64,000 nt of DNA, from assembly GCA_013334575.1 (NCBI GenBank), contig JAAXXG010000001.1, positions 208,315 to 272,314 on the forward strand, read 5' to 3'. The number at the start of each line of letters is the position of its first letter. Positions within the stretch are counted from its first letter, which is position 1. The stretch comes from Candidatus Moraniibacteriota bacterium. Lineage in GTDB: Bacteria > Patescibacteriota > Minisyncoccia > Moranbacterales > UBA1568. Shown one piece after another: positions 27,989 to 38,296 of this stretch. A model generated the notes under the pieces. The model ran no database searches. It was not told the DNA's origin and worked only from the letters and a program-made list of their open reading frames with translations. Position numbers and translations under genes: made by a program.

Positions 27989-29848
27989 CTACTTCCGCAG
28001 GATGGATAGGAAGGCTTCGGACGGAATGGACACCTTCCCGATCGCCTCCATCTTCTTCTTCCCCTTCTTCTGCTTCTCAAGCAGCTTCCGTTTCCGCGAG
28101 AAATCGCCGCCGTAGAGCTTGGCAGTCACATCCTTGCGGAAGGCGGATATCGTCTCGCGAGCGATCACCTTGCCACCGATCGCCGCCTGGATGGCGACCG
28201 CGAAGTTCTGACGCGGGATCGATTCCTTAAGCTTCTCGACGGTCCGCTTCCCTTCGTCGTACGAGCGGGATTTCGGGACCATGCGGGAAAACGCATCAAC
28301 CTTGTCGCCCGCGACCAGGATATCGAGCTTCACCACGTCGCTCTCCCGATACCCGATCGGTTCGTAGTTCATGGAGGCGTATCCGGAGGTCACGCTCTTG
28401 AGATCGTCGTGGAAGTTCACGATCACCTCCATGAGCGGTGCCTCGAAGGAAAGCAGCACACGTTCCGCATCGATGTATTCGGTATTCCGGTAGACCGCAC
28501 GCACCCCCTGCGCGAGCGTCATGACGCTTCCGAGGTATTCGCTCGGAACGACGATCGAAAGCTCGACGTACGGCTCGAAGATCCTCTCGATGCCGGCCGG
28601 ATCCGGCATGTCCGCCGGGGAATACATCGGCACCCGCCCTTCGCCGCGCATCTCGAGCTCATACACGACCGACGGCGTCGTGATGGTCGGCTCCATGCCG
28701 AACTCGCGCCGCAGGCGCTCCTGGATGATTTCCATGTGCAGGAGCCCGAGGAAACCGCACCGGAAACCGCGGCCGAGCGCCTGGTTCGATTCGGGTTCGA
28801 ACACGAACGCCGCGTCGTTGAGACGGAGCTTGTCGAGCGCGTCGCGCATGAGCGCGTATTCGTCACCCTCGACCGGATAGAAGCTCGCATAGACGACCGG
28901 TTTCATCTCGCGATATCCGGGAAGCGCCTCGACCGTGACACCGTCCCGCTCGCGGGGACGGAGCGTGATCGTGTCGCCCACCCGGCAGTGCGCCACGTCC
29001 TTGAGTCCCGTCGCGATATAGCCGATGTCCCCTGCCGAGATCGCCTTCTCCGGAACGAACTGCGGATGGAAAGTACCCACCTCGATCGCGAGACTCTCCT
29101 GTCCGGTCCCGATCATCCGGAGCGCCGTGTCGCGGGAAACCTCGCCGTCGACAAGCCGGACATAGGCGACGACCCCCTTGTACGTGTCGTATACCGAGTC
29201 GAAGATGAGCGCACGGAGCGGTTTCCCGGAATCGCCCGAAGGGGCGGGCACCCGCTCGACGATCCGGTCCAGGATCTCCCGGATACCGATACCGGTCTTT
29301 CCCGATGCGAGCAGGATATCTTCTTCCGAACAGCCGAGAATGTGCACGATCTCCTTCTTCGTCTTGTCGACCTGCGCGTTCGGCAGGTCGATCTTGTTCA
29401 CGACCGGAACGATCTCGAGTCCCTGTTCGATAGCGAGATACAGGTTCGCCAGGGTCTGCGCCTGCACGCCCTTCGTCGCGTCGACAAGGAGCACCGCCCC
29501 CTCGACCGCGGCAAGCGAACGTGACACCTCGTAGTGGAAGTCCACGTGCCCGGGAGTGTCGATCAGGTTCAGGACATATTCCTCTTCGTCCCCGCCGCTG
29601 ACGACTCCTCCCGGATGATCCCCGTTGTCATTTTCAGTCGTAGGTCGCTTCCGGTATCGCATCGTGACCGGCTGCAGCTTGATCGTGATGCCGCGCTCCC
29701 GCTCCAGATCCATCTGGTCGAGGAGCTGCTCCTTCATCTTGCGGTCCTCGACGGTATGCGTGAACTCGATAAGCCGATCGGCCAGGGTAGATTTCCCGTG
29801 GTCGATATGGGCGATGATGCAGAAGTTCCGGATAAGCCGCTGGTCCAT
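27989..29848 (-). CDS. lepA: Elongation factor 4
   Basis: IRNFCIIAHIDHGKSTLADR, RERGITIK, DTPGHVDF, GFRCGFLGLLH, RKDVTAK.YGGD..RKRKLLEKQK. Confidence 0.98.
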   Translation of the reverse strand: MDQRLIRNFCIIAHIDHGKSTLADRLIEFTHTVEDRKMKEQLLDQMDLERERGITIKLQPVTMRYRKRPTTENDNGDHPGGVVSGGDEEEYVLNLIDTPGHVDFHYEVSRSLAAVEGAVLLVDATKGVQAQTLANLYLAIEQGLEIVPVVNKIDLPNAQVDKTKKEIVHILGCSEEDILLASGKTGIGIREILDRIVERVPAPSGDSGKPLRALIFDSVYDTYKGVVAYVRLVDGEVSRDTALRMIGTGQESLAIEVGTFHPQFVPEKAISAGDIGYIATGLKDVAHCRVGDTITLRPRERDGVTVEALPGYREMKPVVYASFYPVEGDEYALMRDALDKLRLNDAAFVFEPESNQALGRGFRCGFLGLLHMEIIQERLRREFGMEPTITTPSVVYELEMRGEGRVPMYSPADMPDPAGIERIFEPYVELSIVVPSEYLGSVMTLAQGVRAVYRNTEYIDAERVLLSFEAPLMEVIVNFHDDLKSVTSGYASMNYEPIGYRESDVVKLDILVAGDKVDAFSRMVPKSRSYDEGKRTVEKLKESIPRQNFAVAIQAAIGGKVIARETISAFRKDVTAKLYGGDFSRKRKLLEKQKKGKKKMEAIGKVSIPSEAFLSILRK

Positions 29849-29951
29849 GACGGGAAAGATGAATCAGGAATCAAGGATACTGAATAACGCCAAAACTGGC
29901 AAGACGCTGTTCCTCGTCATTCTACAGTATGATCGGTCCGGGAAAAAATCA

Positions 29952-29978
29952 AAGGACCGGATGACACTTCCGGTCCTT
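29952..29978 (-). terminator. Hairpin downstream of the 29989-30798 ORF
   Basis: AAGGACCGGA-tgacact-TCCGGTCCTT. Confidence 0.6.
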
Positions 29979-29988
29979 ATATCATGAT

Positions 29989-30798
29989 TCATCTCCTTTT
30001 GCCCGACAGTATCCATTCCCTCGCCAGATTGGCGATCTTGATGACGCCGGTCATGAGCGAGATCTGCTGATAGTACGTATCGATATTATGCGGTGAGAAC
30101 GAATGCCCGTATCCCGGATACGGCTCACGGTCCGTTCCGATGCACGCGCAGTCTCCCGGCACCCTCAATCGGACAAGTTTCTCGCTTCCATAACACTGAC
30201 CAAGAAAGAATTGATCCCAAAACAGGCTCCTGTCTCTCTTGCCAAAGGCGAGTACTCTAAAATACGATTCCCGCATGGCATCGATCACGGCATTCCTATT
30301 CGCATCTTCCCAAAGTTCCGCCCCGATGTACGAGAGTACTTCCACGTCATAGGAGAACGAGAAACCGGCATATCCAAGCCCACCTTTTCCATCGGGCTGA
30401 CCGATGAAATCGAAAGTCAGGAGTTGCCGCGGTCCCTCGATATCCGCATCGCCCGCCCTCTCGAAATCGGCCGAGAGTCCAAGAAACCGTGACATCGAAC
30501 GGGAAAACTGGTCGAGTTGTTCGAGCGTCTTCTTTCCTTTCGGGATCCGGAAGGAATAGGTCAGAAAATCCGGCAGTGCCGGATGCGGCTCGCAGGCTTT
30601 CATGACGCCGCCATACCCGAAGCGGGTCTTCGAGGCTACAAACGGATCCGGTTCACTTCCAACAATCTTGGAATCGGCGATGCGGTCCGCGATGCGATCA
30701 ATCACCGATGGCGCGATGGAGAGGCAGATGGCAAGCGGATCCGTAGAGACCCGGAACTCGTATTCGAGGGGGAACGACTCTATGGTAAGGAATCCCAT
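29989..30798 (-). CDS. Hypothetical protein
   Basis: 269-aa ORF with GGAGG SD, upstream TTGACA and downstream hairpin. Confidence 0.7.
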   Translation of the reverse strand: MGFLTIESFPLEYEFRVSTDPLAICLSIAPSVIDRIADRIADSKIVGSEPDPFVASKTRFGYGGVMKACEPHPALPDFLTYSFRIPKGKKTLEQLDQFSRSMSRFLGLSADFERAGDADIEGPRQLLTFDFIGQPDGKGGLGYAGFSFSYDVEVLSYIGAELWEDANRNAVIDAMRESYFRVLAFGKRDRSLFWDQFFLGQCYGSEKLVRLRVPGDCACIGTDREPYPGYGHSFSPHNIDTYYQQISLMTGVIKIANLAREWILSGKRR

Positions 30799-31014
30799 GA
30801 TATCCTCCGCATTCTAGATTGTTAACGACTCCTGACCGCAATAAAGCACAAGCCTACCATGCTGTCAAAACACAGATCCGAGAAGATTCTTTCCACATCA
30901 CTCCGACCTTATGGTTTTTCTGTCATCGCATAACAGACTCGATAAAATACAAAAAGTCGGCATGCCTTACGCACACGCCGACTACTCAGTTATCCGATCC
31001 GATCACAGGCCATT

Positions 31015-31389
31015 CTACGCTCTTGAGCAACTTTCTACGAACTGCTTGAGTTTGTCATCAATATCGGGATCTTCACGAATAAGCTCCCGAAGCGCCACCA
31101 GAATACCGTCACCCTCGAGAATGCGCACCATATCGGTACCGAGAGCCGTCGCCACCTTATCGATCTCCGCCATACGATAACGCTCAGAGGATTCGATCGC
31201 TTCGATCGCCTCAATCGGGAGTCCCGATAACTCGGCAAGTTCTCCGGTTGAAAGTTGCAGCTCGTTCCGGTAACGCTGGACATTCTTTCCGAGCGTCTTT
31301 TCCAACTTCTTTTTTTCAGGTACCATCGTAGCTCCATTTTTTCCGCACAGCGGCGTTGACGAAATTTTCTCTGCTTCAGACGAAGCCAT
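31015..31389 (-). CDS. XRE-family HTH regulator
   Basis: LGKNVQRYRNELQLSTGELAELSGL....I.AIES; start 31389 or 31326. Confidence 0.75.
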   Translation of the reverse strand: MASSEAEKISSTPLCGKNGATMVPEKKKLEKTLGKNVQRYRNELQLSTGELAELSGLPIEAIEAIESSERYRMAEIDKVATALGTDMVRILEGDGILVALRELIREDPDIDDKLKQFVESCSRA

Positions 31390-31536
31390 TTTGTTATAGA
31401 ATAAATCCAGTAAAATGTCAGCAGCCTCGACTGAAACTGACGCGGTCGCAGGGCGTGTTCGGGTGACACCAGAGCATATCCACTGAGCCTACGTACATGA
31501 ATGAGGTATACTGAATGCGAACGGTAACGCAATCTT

Positions 31537-32067
31537 ATGGAATTCGAGGACGTGATCCGAAAAAGGCGGTCGATCAGACAATTCGAACCCGAACCGATAC
31601 CGGACGAAACGATCCGCAAGATCCTCGCCCTCTCGCAGCATGCTCCGTCGGCGGGAAACCTGCAGGCATATCGGATACTGGTCGTTACCGACTCGAACGG
31701 CAAGGGAACGCTTAAGAACGCCACCTATTCGAAACTGAATAACGCCAAACAGGACTGGGCATTCGGCGCCCCGGTCATCATTGTCATCTGCGCGGATACC
31801 GAAGCATCGGCGGAAAGATTCGGGGAGCGCGGGCGGGATACCTACTCCATTCAGGATGCGACACTCTTCGCCGCGTATGCCCAGCTTGTCATTACCTCGT
31901 TTGGACTCGCCTCAGGCTGGATCGGCAACGTCGAAGAGCAAGCGCTAAAAGATGCGTTCCATCTTCCGGAATATCTGCGGATCGTCGCACTTATCCCCTT
32001 CGGTCACCCTGCCGGTGAACCGAAACCATTCGAACGGAAGTCTCTCAACGACATTCTTCTCGGATAA
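31537..32067 (+). CDS. Nitroreductase family protein
   Basis: IRKRRSIRQF, APSAGNLQ, GLASGWIG, PFGHP. Confidence 0.92.
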   Translation: MEFEDVIRKRRSIRQFEPEPIPDETIRKILALSQHAPSAGNLQAYRILVVTDSNGKGTLKNATYSKLNNAKQDWAFGAPVIIVICADTEASAERFGERGRDTYSIQDATLFAAYAQLVITSFGLASGWIGNVEEQALKDAFHLPEYLRIVALIPFGHPAGEPKPFERKSLNDILLG

Positions 32068-32192
32068 GACACCGGCCCTCCACCCTCGAGCGGGAAAAAA
32101 CCGCGCCACGGAAGGCGATCGTGGAAATCGATACAACCAAATTTCGTAATATGGTAGTCAGTCGATGCAAAAATACGTCGAAATCCCCCCAC

Positions 32193-32360
32193 CTATACGA
32201 CCCGGAACGCGGCCCCGTGACCGGGTACTATATAGTCAGCCTCCGCAAGCACTCTTTTCCTACTCTCCAGAAGCGCCTCCGGATCCTTCACATACGGATC
32301 CTCGAGCGCGAGCAGACTCTCCCGATCGGTCTTCTGCTCCACTCCGTCTGACCCTCAAAA
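32193..32360 (-). pseudogene. 3' remnant of an MBL-fold metallo-hydrolase
   Basis: Manual translation ...F*GSDGVEQKTDRESLLALEDPYVKDPEALLESRKRVLAEADYIVPGHGAAFRVV*; IVPGHG motif; no 5' part. Confidence 0.7.
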
Positions 32361-32366
32361 GATGCC

Positions 32367-32394
32367 TTGACAAATATTCAGAATAATATATAAT
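32367..32394 (+). promoter_or_regulatory. Consensus sigma70 promoter
   Basis: TTGACA-16-TATAAT. Confidence 0.7.
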
Positions 32395-32444
32395 AACGCT
32401 ATCGTTTTTTTTCCAACTTGCCCAATAAATCAGGAGTTACGATC

Positions 32445-32927
32445 ATGAATACCTTTTCCAAGGCAGACAGTTACTCGCTCGCTATTACCGGAATATCCGC
32501 AGATTTCAGCATGATTACACATCTCCTCTTTCCGTTAATCGTGCCGTTCCTCCTCCAGGCATGGCATCCCGTATTATGGATTCATGTTTTCGTCTCATTC
32601 GCAAGCATGCTATTCATAAGAACCACATTACAGAATATACAGCACCAAGTTCCTGTTTTCAATGAACGAATATTGGCTCTCGGGAGAAAGTTCCTGACTA
32701 TTTCAAGCCTCGCCGCACCATCCGTATGGATTCTCGGAACGCTTGTCGCGCTTCCGTTCTACCAGTCCGCAAAAGGAACACCGAGCGAGGCGACCTTTAT
32801 CCAGGCCTTCCCTACGGCGATTCTCTGGCTCTATTTTCTGACACTCACCGCTTCCATATCAAGCATCGGACTCATAACATCCGGTCTCTATGACGTGCAG
32901 GGAGCAAAGACGCCCGGTAACAGATGA
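32445..32927 (+). CDS. Hypothetical 4-TM membrane protein (AT-rich cassette)
   Basis: AGGAG SD then ATG 32445; about four hydrophobic segments; own promoter and terminator. Confidence 0.7.
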   Translation: MNTFSKADSYSLAITGISADFSMITHLLFPLIVPFLLQAWHPVLWIHVFVSFASMLFIRTTLQNIQHQVPVFNERILALGRKFLTISSLAAPSVWILGTLVALPFYQSAKGTPSEATFIQAFPTAILWLYFLTLTASISSIGLITSGLYDVQGAKTPGNR

Positions 32928-32960
32928 CTCTCAAAATCCGCGAACTATCGAAAAGAGACG

Positions 32961-32995
32961 AAAAGCGTCCACATAACAAGGTTGGACGCTTTTTT
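32961..32995. terminator. Bidirectional terminator
   Basis: AAAAGCGTCCA...TGGACGCTTTTTT. Confidence 0.75.
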
Positions 32996-33042
32996 CTTTA
33001 TCGTTTCGTCCGACACACCGTCCCGTTTCCGGCCAGACATTC

Positions 33043-34701
33043 CTACCACTCCCCCTTCTCCGGATGGCCCTCGACGGAGGAGATGGCCTCCGGCGTCCGG
33101 AACACCTTCGCCAGGATGAACCGCCGTAGCGAACGGTATTCCTCGACCCCGAACCAATGACAGAGCAAGAGGAAGGTCCCGAGGCCGAGGACACTTCCGA
33201 ACGCGAGCTGCAAGAACACCTTGACGAACGTATCCAGTGGCGACATGGCGAAGAATGCGAAGAGCGACTTGGACAGCTGCGCGACGATGCCGGCGATGAC
33301 CGCCGCTCCGACGATCCTGGCGTTTTCCGCGAAGAATCGCCTGTCGTCCCACGAGGTCGCCCGCTTCCGGAGCGCGAAGAGCAGGAAGACGAAGTTCACG
33401 ATGCTCCCAAGGGAGAATGCGAACGCGAGCGCGTCCGTTCCGAACGAGGGAAGCAACAGCCAGACGCACGCGACATAGACCGCCTCTCCCAGTACCGCGA
33501 AGAGGAGCGGCGTCTTGGTATCCTGAATCGCGTAGAACGCGCGGGCAAACAGCGGGATGAGCGCCTGCGCGAACAGGCTCACGGACAGGAGCCCGAGCAC
33601 GCCGAAGGTGGCGATCGTATCCTGCCAGTCGAACCGTCCGCTTCCGAGGACGACCCGGACGACCTGCGCCCGGAACACGATGAAGAGCATGGAGACGGGC
33701 ACGACGAAGAACAGGATCCGCTTCGTCGTCGCAGAAAGCGTATCGAAGAATTCCCCGTCGCGCTTCCCGGACGCGCTCTCGGAGAGGTTCGGGAACGCGG
33801 CGAGCGAGAACGATACCGCGAAGAGCCCTATCGGGATCGCCGCGATATTGGATGCGAGCGTGAAGATCGCCAGGCTTCCGGAAGCGAGCCAGGACGCGAA
33901 AAAGGTGGTCAGGAAGAGACTCAGCTGGTTCGCGGCGATCCCGAGCGTCCGGGGAATCATAAGCGTCGCCACGCGCCGCACGTCACCGTCGAACCGAAGC
34001 CGTCGATGAAAAAGGGCCGGAAAGAATCCGCGCTTCCTGACGGACGGGATCTGGACCGACATATGCAACAGCGCCCCGAACGCGACCCCGAACGCGAGGC
34101 CCGCCATCCCGAAAACGGGCACGAGAACGGTTATGCCGACGATGATGCCAAGATTGTAGAGGATCGGCGCGAACGAATACGCGACGAAATCACGGAAGGA
34201 GAGCAGCATCCCCCCGAACACCGCGCTCGCGCCGAGAAAAAGCGGCGACAGCAGCATGATACGGGTAAGGGCGACGGTCATTTCCCTCTTTTCACCCGAG
34301 AAGCCGGGCGCGAGGACCGATACGATCGCCGGAGCCGCGAGTGCGGCCGCGAGTGAGAGGAGCCCTAGAAGCAGCAATATCCATTCGAGGACGCCCGCCG
34401 CAAGCGAGAGCGCCTCGGCACGTTTCCGTTTCGTGACGAGCTCGGTAAAGACCGGTACGAATGCGGCCGACAAAGCGCCCATGACGAGCAGGTTATAGAG
34501 CGTATCCGGAATCCGGAACGCGGCATAATACGCGTCGAGCGTATCCCCCGCACCGAAGTGCCCCGCTAACAGACGGTCTCGGAGAAACCCGAGCAGCCGA
34601 CTCGCGACCCCCGCGGCCGCGATGACGAACGCCGCCCCGGAAACGGTACCGGAGGACGTCTCGGAAAGCCGACGCATGAAGGATATTCCCTTTCCTGCCA
34701 T
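33043..34701 (-). CDS. murJ: Lipid II flippase MurJ/MviN
   Basis: SRLLGFLRD, FGAG..LDAYYAAFRIPD, GALSAAFVPVF, FYA.QDTKTP; start set at MAGKG. Confidence 0.95.
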   Translation of the reverse strand: MAGKGISFMRRLSETSSGTVSGAAFVIAAAGVASRLLGFLRDRLLAGHFGAGDTLDAYYAAFRIPDTLYNLLVMGALSAAFVPVFTELVTKRKRAEALSLAAGVLEWILLLLGLLSLAAALAAPAIVSVLAPGFSGEKREMTVALTRIMLLSPLFLGASAVFGGMLLSFRDFVAYSFAPILYNLGIIVGITVLVPVFGMAGLAFGVAFGALLHMSVQIPSVRKRGFFPALFHRRLRFDGDVRRVATLMIPRTLGIAANQLSLFLTTFFASWLASGSLAIFTLASNIAAIPIGLFAVSFSLAAFPNLSESASGKRDGEFFDTLSATTKRILFFVVPVSMLFIVFRAQVVRVVLGSGRFDWQDTIATFGVLGLLSVSLFAQALIPLFARAFYAIQDTKTPLLFAVLGEAVYVACVWLLLPSFGTDALAFAFSLGSIVNFVFLLFALRKRATSWDDRRFFAENARIVGAAVIAGIVAQLSKSLFAFFAMSPLDTFVKVFLQLAFGSVLGLGTFLLLCHWFGVEEYRSLRRFILAKVFRTPEAISSVEGHPEKGEW

Positions 34702-34724
34702 ATTCCTTTCGTATATCCCCGTGT

Positions 34725-37175
34725 TTATTCGCTGCCCCGACTCGAGAAGACCGCTCCATAGTACGCGTCCGTCGAGAGCGTTGCGGAGAACCCGTATCCG
34801 TCGCGATCCATCGAAAGTCCGTCGCTCTTCCAATCCGCGACGTATCCACCCGGAACCGAAAGCCTCGAACGGAGCGAGACGCCGTCGGTGCCGGACTGTT
34901 TCTGAAACAAGACGGAATACGAAGCGGGTTCGTCGGTGTCCGGACGTACCGAAAACGGAAGCCGGTACGTGTATTCCACCGTCACGCTCTCTCCGGGACT
35001 CACGTAGACCCAGTTCCCGAAGACGGTCTTTCCGGACTCCTCCGAAATCCTCGTCCCCCCCTTGTCCGTGACCGTCCCCGACTCTTCCCGGACGACGTCC
35101 TCGTCCCTCCGGAATCCGAGCGCATCGTAATCGAGCGGAGGTTTCGTGACTTCGAACGTCTGCCCGGACGCGGAAACGAGTTCGGATCCCTTCGGAACGT
35201 AGACGCGAAGATAATCGGAGTTCACCCGATTGAACCAGTCGTACGGGGTATTTCCCCCGGTATGTTTCCTCGTGATCCTGACCGTGTCAAGTACCGAGCC
35301 GTCGGCCTGGACCGCGGCCATATGCTCGACGGACTCCCGGATGACCGCGTCGGTCTTGTACCCATTGAGGTTGGTATGTACCACGCTCAGATAATCGCGA
35401 GGCGTCTCGAGCAATCGTCCGGACCAGCCGGCACCGTCGATAAGCGCCTCCACGTCCGGATTCGCCGAATAGAGGAGTACCTGTTTCCCGTTCAGCGACG
35501 ACGAAAGCGTTTCCGCGAGCGCGGCGAACCCGGAAGCGCTCCGAACCGAGAATATGCGGTCGAGCAGGATGGGAGCGAGGTCGGCAAGGATCTTCTTCGG
35601 CTGATTGAGTTCACGATCATATTTCTCCTCCACCTGCTCCTGGACGATCTCGAGGAAATTGTCCGCATCGACCGTCACGCCGTATTCCGGCATGTCGACC
35701 GGTCCGGTCAGACGAAGCAGCTCGCGGATGACGTCCGGCGTAAGCGTGACGACCCCGTCGACGGTCGGCCCGCCGGTCTTCTCGTAGAAAAACATCGCCT
35801 TCCGCGCCGACGTCGGGAAATCCGGCCACCAGTTGCTGTCGTGTAGGCTCCATGCGGCGCTCACCTTCTGGATCGGCGCCGGCGGCACGAAATTCTCACT
35901 CAGCTGTCCGTCGGGATTGAAGATGCCGTCCACGAAGAACTTCCGGATATGACCGCCATCAACCTTGAGGAGTCCGTACGTCCCGATAAAACCGCCCGTC
36001 GGACGAAGTTCGGCATTGTTCTGAAACAGGAACAGATAGAGCCGGGGACCGTTCGCACCAAGCAACTCACGGACAAGATATGAATTCCGGTTGAACCCCT
36101 GAAGCGCCGCCAGAACCGCCGGCAACCGCTCCCGGACGGAAAGGAACTGCTCCCGCTGCGCTTCTGGAACATCTTCCGGCCGCACGCGGTCGAATGCTTC
36201 CCGGGCTGCGGCGATATCGTCCGCCGCCGAAACGGACTCCTTCTCGGCCTCGTCGACGATATCGAGGAACGAGGTCTCCGTTCCTGCCCCGGAAGACGCC
36301 GACGGAACGAGCGCAAGCATCCTGCTCAGGGAAGCTCCGGCAGCGGAAAGATGCCTCGCCCCCTCGAGCATTGCTTGTCCGGAAGCGGCCTTTGAGAATC
36401 CCGGAACGGCACCTATCGTCCTCAGGAATACGTTCCCGGCGGTTCCAATCGTCGAAGAGGTCTCGGTAAACATCCTGCTCGCCTCCTCGAACTTCGCCGC
36501 GGAAGACTCGAAATCCGCATGGGAGAGATTATCGACAGCGTCGGTCGCCAGCGAGACGCCCGCGACGCTTCCCTTGATAACCGAATCCTTGAGCGAGAAC
36601 AACCGATCGACGGACCAGATGCCGCCAACCAGAACGGTCACGAAGACGAGGGCCAGCGACAATACCCCGGAGAACCGTATCGCAGGAACGGCCTGCAACC
36701 GGAACCCGGAAATTATATGGAACGCACCCCGAAAGCGATCGACCATTGGACCGATCAAATCGGAAAGAGTCGCCTTGCCGGATAATACTCCGCGCGACTC
36801 GTCATGATATGCCTCACTTCCCAACTCCGTATCGTTCCGATCGGAAACGGGGCCGTCCGTATCCGTATCGAACGACCCGTCCGCGGATTCGCGAAAACCG
36901 TCCGCCGGGCCGTCGGAGACGGTGTCCCATTCCGATCCGTCCGCCACCTCGTATCCGGGTACGTACCATTCATCCGATTCCACCGCCGCAAACGGACGAT
37001 ACGGGGCGTCGCAATCGGCACCAGCCGTTTCGAGCGGCCGGTTTTCCGGACCATGATCCGTTCGCGACGTCCCGACCGATCCGATCCGATTCCAATCAAG
37101 ATCGCCCGACCGGTCGACCGGACGGACATCGAACATCTGCGGTATGATATTGTTCTTCGGATCCCGTCGTTCCAT
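34725..37175 (-). CDS. DUF4012-domain membrane-anchored protein
   Basis: YLFLFQNNAELRPTGGFIG, HDSNWWPDFPTSA, VDGV, QKQSG; start set at MERRDPK. Confidence 0.88.
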   Translation of the reverse strand: MERRDPKNNIIPQMFDVRPVDRSGDLDWNRIGSVGTSRTDHGPENRPLETAGADCDAPYRPFAAVESDEWYVPGYEVADGSEWDTVSDGPADGFRESADGSFDTDTDGPVSDRNDTELGSEAYHDESRGVLSGKATLSDLIGPMVDRFRGAFHIISGFRLQAVPAIRFSGVLSLALVFVTVLVGGIWSVDRLFSLKDSVIKGSVAGVSLATDAVDNLSHADFESSAAKFEEASRMFTETSSTIGTAGNVFLRTIGAVPGFSKAASGQAMLEGARHLSAAGASLSRMLALVPSASSGAGTETSFLDIVDEAEKESVSAADDIAAAREAFDRVRPEDVPEAQREQFLSVRERLPAVLAALQGFNRNSYLVRELLGANGPRLYLFLFQNNAELRPTGGFIGTYGLLKVDGGHIRKFFVDGIFNPDGQLSENFVPPAPIQKVSAAWSLHDSNWWPDFPTSARKAMFFYEKTGGPTVDGVVTLTPDVIRELLRLTGPVDMPEYGVTVDADNFLEIVQEQVEEKYDRELNQPKKILADLAPILLDRIFSVRSASGFAALAETLSSSLNGKQVLLYSANPDVEALIDGAGWSGRLLETPRDYLSVVHTNLNGYKTDAVIRESVEHMAAVQADGSVLDTVRITRKHTGGNTPYDWFNRVNSDYLRVYVPKGSELVSASGQTFEVTKPPLDYDALGFRRDEDVVREESGTVTDKGGTRISEESGKTVFGNWVYVSPGESVTVEYTYRLPFSVRPDTDEPASYSVLFQKQSGTDGVSLRSRLSVPGGYVADWKSDGLSMDRDGYGFSATLSTDAYYGAVFSSRGSE

Positions 37176-37189
37176 ATCCCTCCGCTCCC

Positions 37190-38296
37190 TTATCTGTCCA
37201 AGGCTTCCGCGTAAGTCCGCAACGTCTCCTCGGCCATCCGATTCCAATCGAACGACGCCGAGCGGGCCTTCCCCTTTTCGAAAAGCCGCGCAACCACGTC
37301 TTCGTCGGTCAGCACCGTCTCTACCGCGCGCACCAGCGAATCCGGATCGTCCGGATCGAAATACAGCGCCGCATCCCCGAGAATTTCCGGCAACGAGCCC
37401 CGCTTTGCCGCAATGACCGGCGTGCCGAACGACATCGCCTCAAGCGGCGGAAGTCCGAACCCCTCGTAGAGGGACGGGAACACGTATCCGGTCGCATCGC
37501 GATACAGCGAAACGAGCCGCTCGTCCGGAACGAATCCCGGAAAGAGCATATTCGTGACGCTCTCCCTTCCGACTTCCTCCCTCAGTCGCCGATAGAAATG
37601 ATCCTCCTTCCCCACAAGCACGAACGAGACCCGCGGGAACCGTTTCGCGAGCGGAATGAACGCCTCGAGATTCTTGTGCGGATAAGCGTTCCCCACGTAC
37701 AGGAAGAACGGCTTCATTATACCATGTTCGGAACCCGAAGGCGCCCCGTGACGTCCGGAAAATCCGCTCCCCTCGTAGGCCACGACCGTCTTCCCCGCCG
37801 CGGACGGAAAGACACCGAGAATATCCGACTCCGTGAATCGGGAAACCGTCAGGATCTTCCGAGCGCGACGGACCGCCGAACCAATCGTCAGCCGATAGGC
37901 GAGATATTTCGCCCAGTAAGTCGCCACGCTCCGCGTCGTATTCCTGACGGTCGGAAAATGAAGCAGGATGAGGTCGTGAATCGTCACGACGAACGGACGA
38001 ACGTACGAAATCGGGACATTGAAGTGGGGGAAATGAACGAGATCCAGGTCGTACCCGTAGAGGAGGACCGGAAACAGCGTCTGTTCCCGAAACGAATACC
38101 AGGGGAAATCGGCGAGTACCTTGATGAAATTCCGCTTCTTCGGAACGTACGCGTCGAAATTCTCCTTTCGAAGAAAAACGAAGAACCGATCCTTATCGGA
38201 GGCAACCGACTCGAGGTTCCGGATAAGCTCTTCCGTGTAGCGTCCCAGTCCTTTTCCAACAGGCCCATAAAATCGGGCGTCGATACCGATTCTCAT
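37190..38296 (-). CDS. GT4 (group 1) glycosyltransferase
   Basis: [38 protein letters not shown]. Confidence 0.94.
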   Translation of the reverse strand: MRIGIDARFYGPVGKGLGRYTEELIRNLESVASDKDRFFVFLRKENFDAYVPKKRNFIKVLADFPWYSFREQTLFPVLLYGYDLDLVHFPHFNVPISYVRPFVVTIHDLILLHFPTVRNTTRSVATYWAKYLAYRLTIGSAVRRARKILTVSRFTESDILGVFPSAAGKTVVAYEGSGFSGRHGAPSGSEHGIMKPFFLYVGNAYPHKNLEAFIPLAKRFPRVSFVLVGKEDHFYRRLREEVGRESVTNMLFPGFVPDERLVSLYRDATGYVFPSLYEGFGLPPLEAMSFGTPVIAAKRGSLPEILGDAALYFDPDDPDSLVRAVETVLTDEDVVARLFEKGKARSASFDWNRMAEETLRTYAEALDR

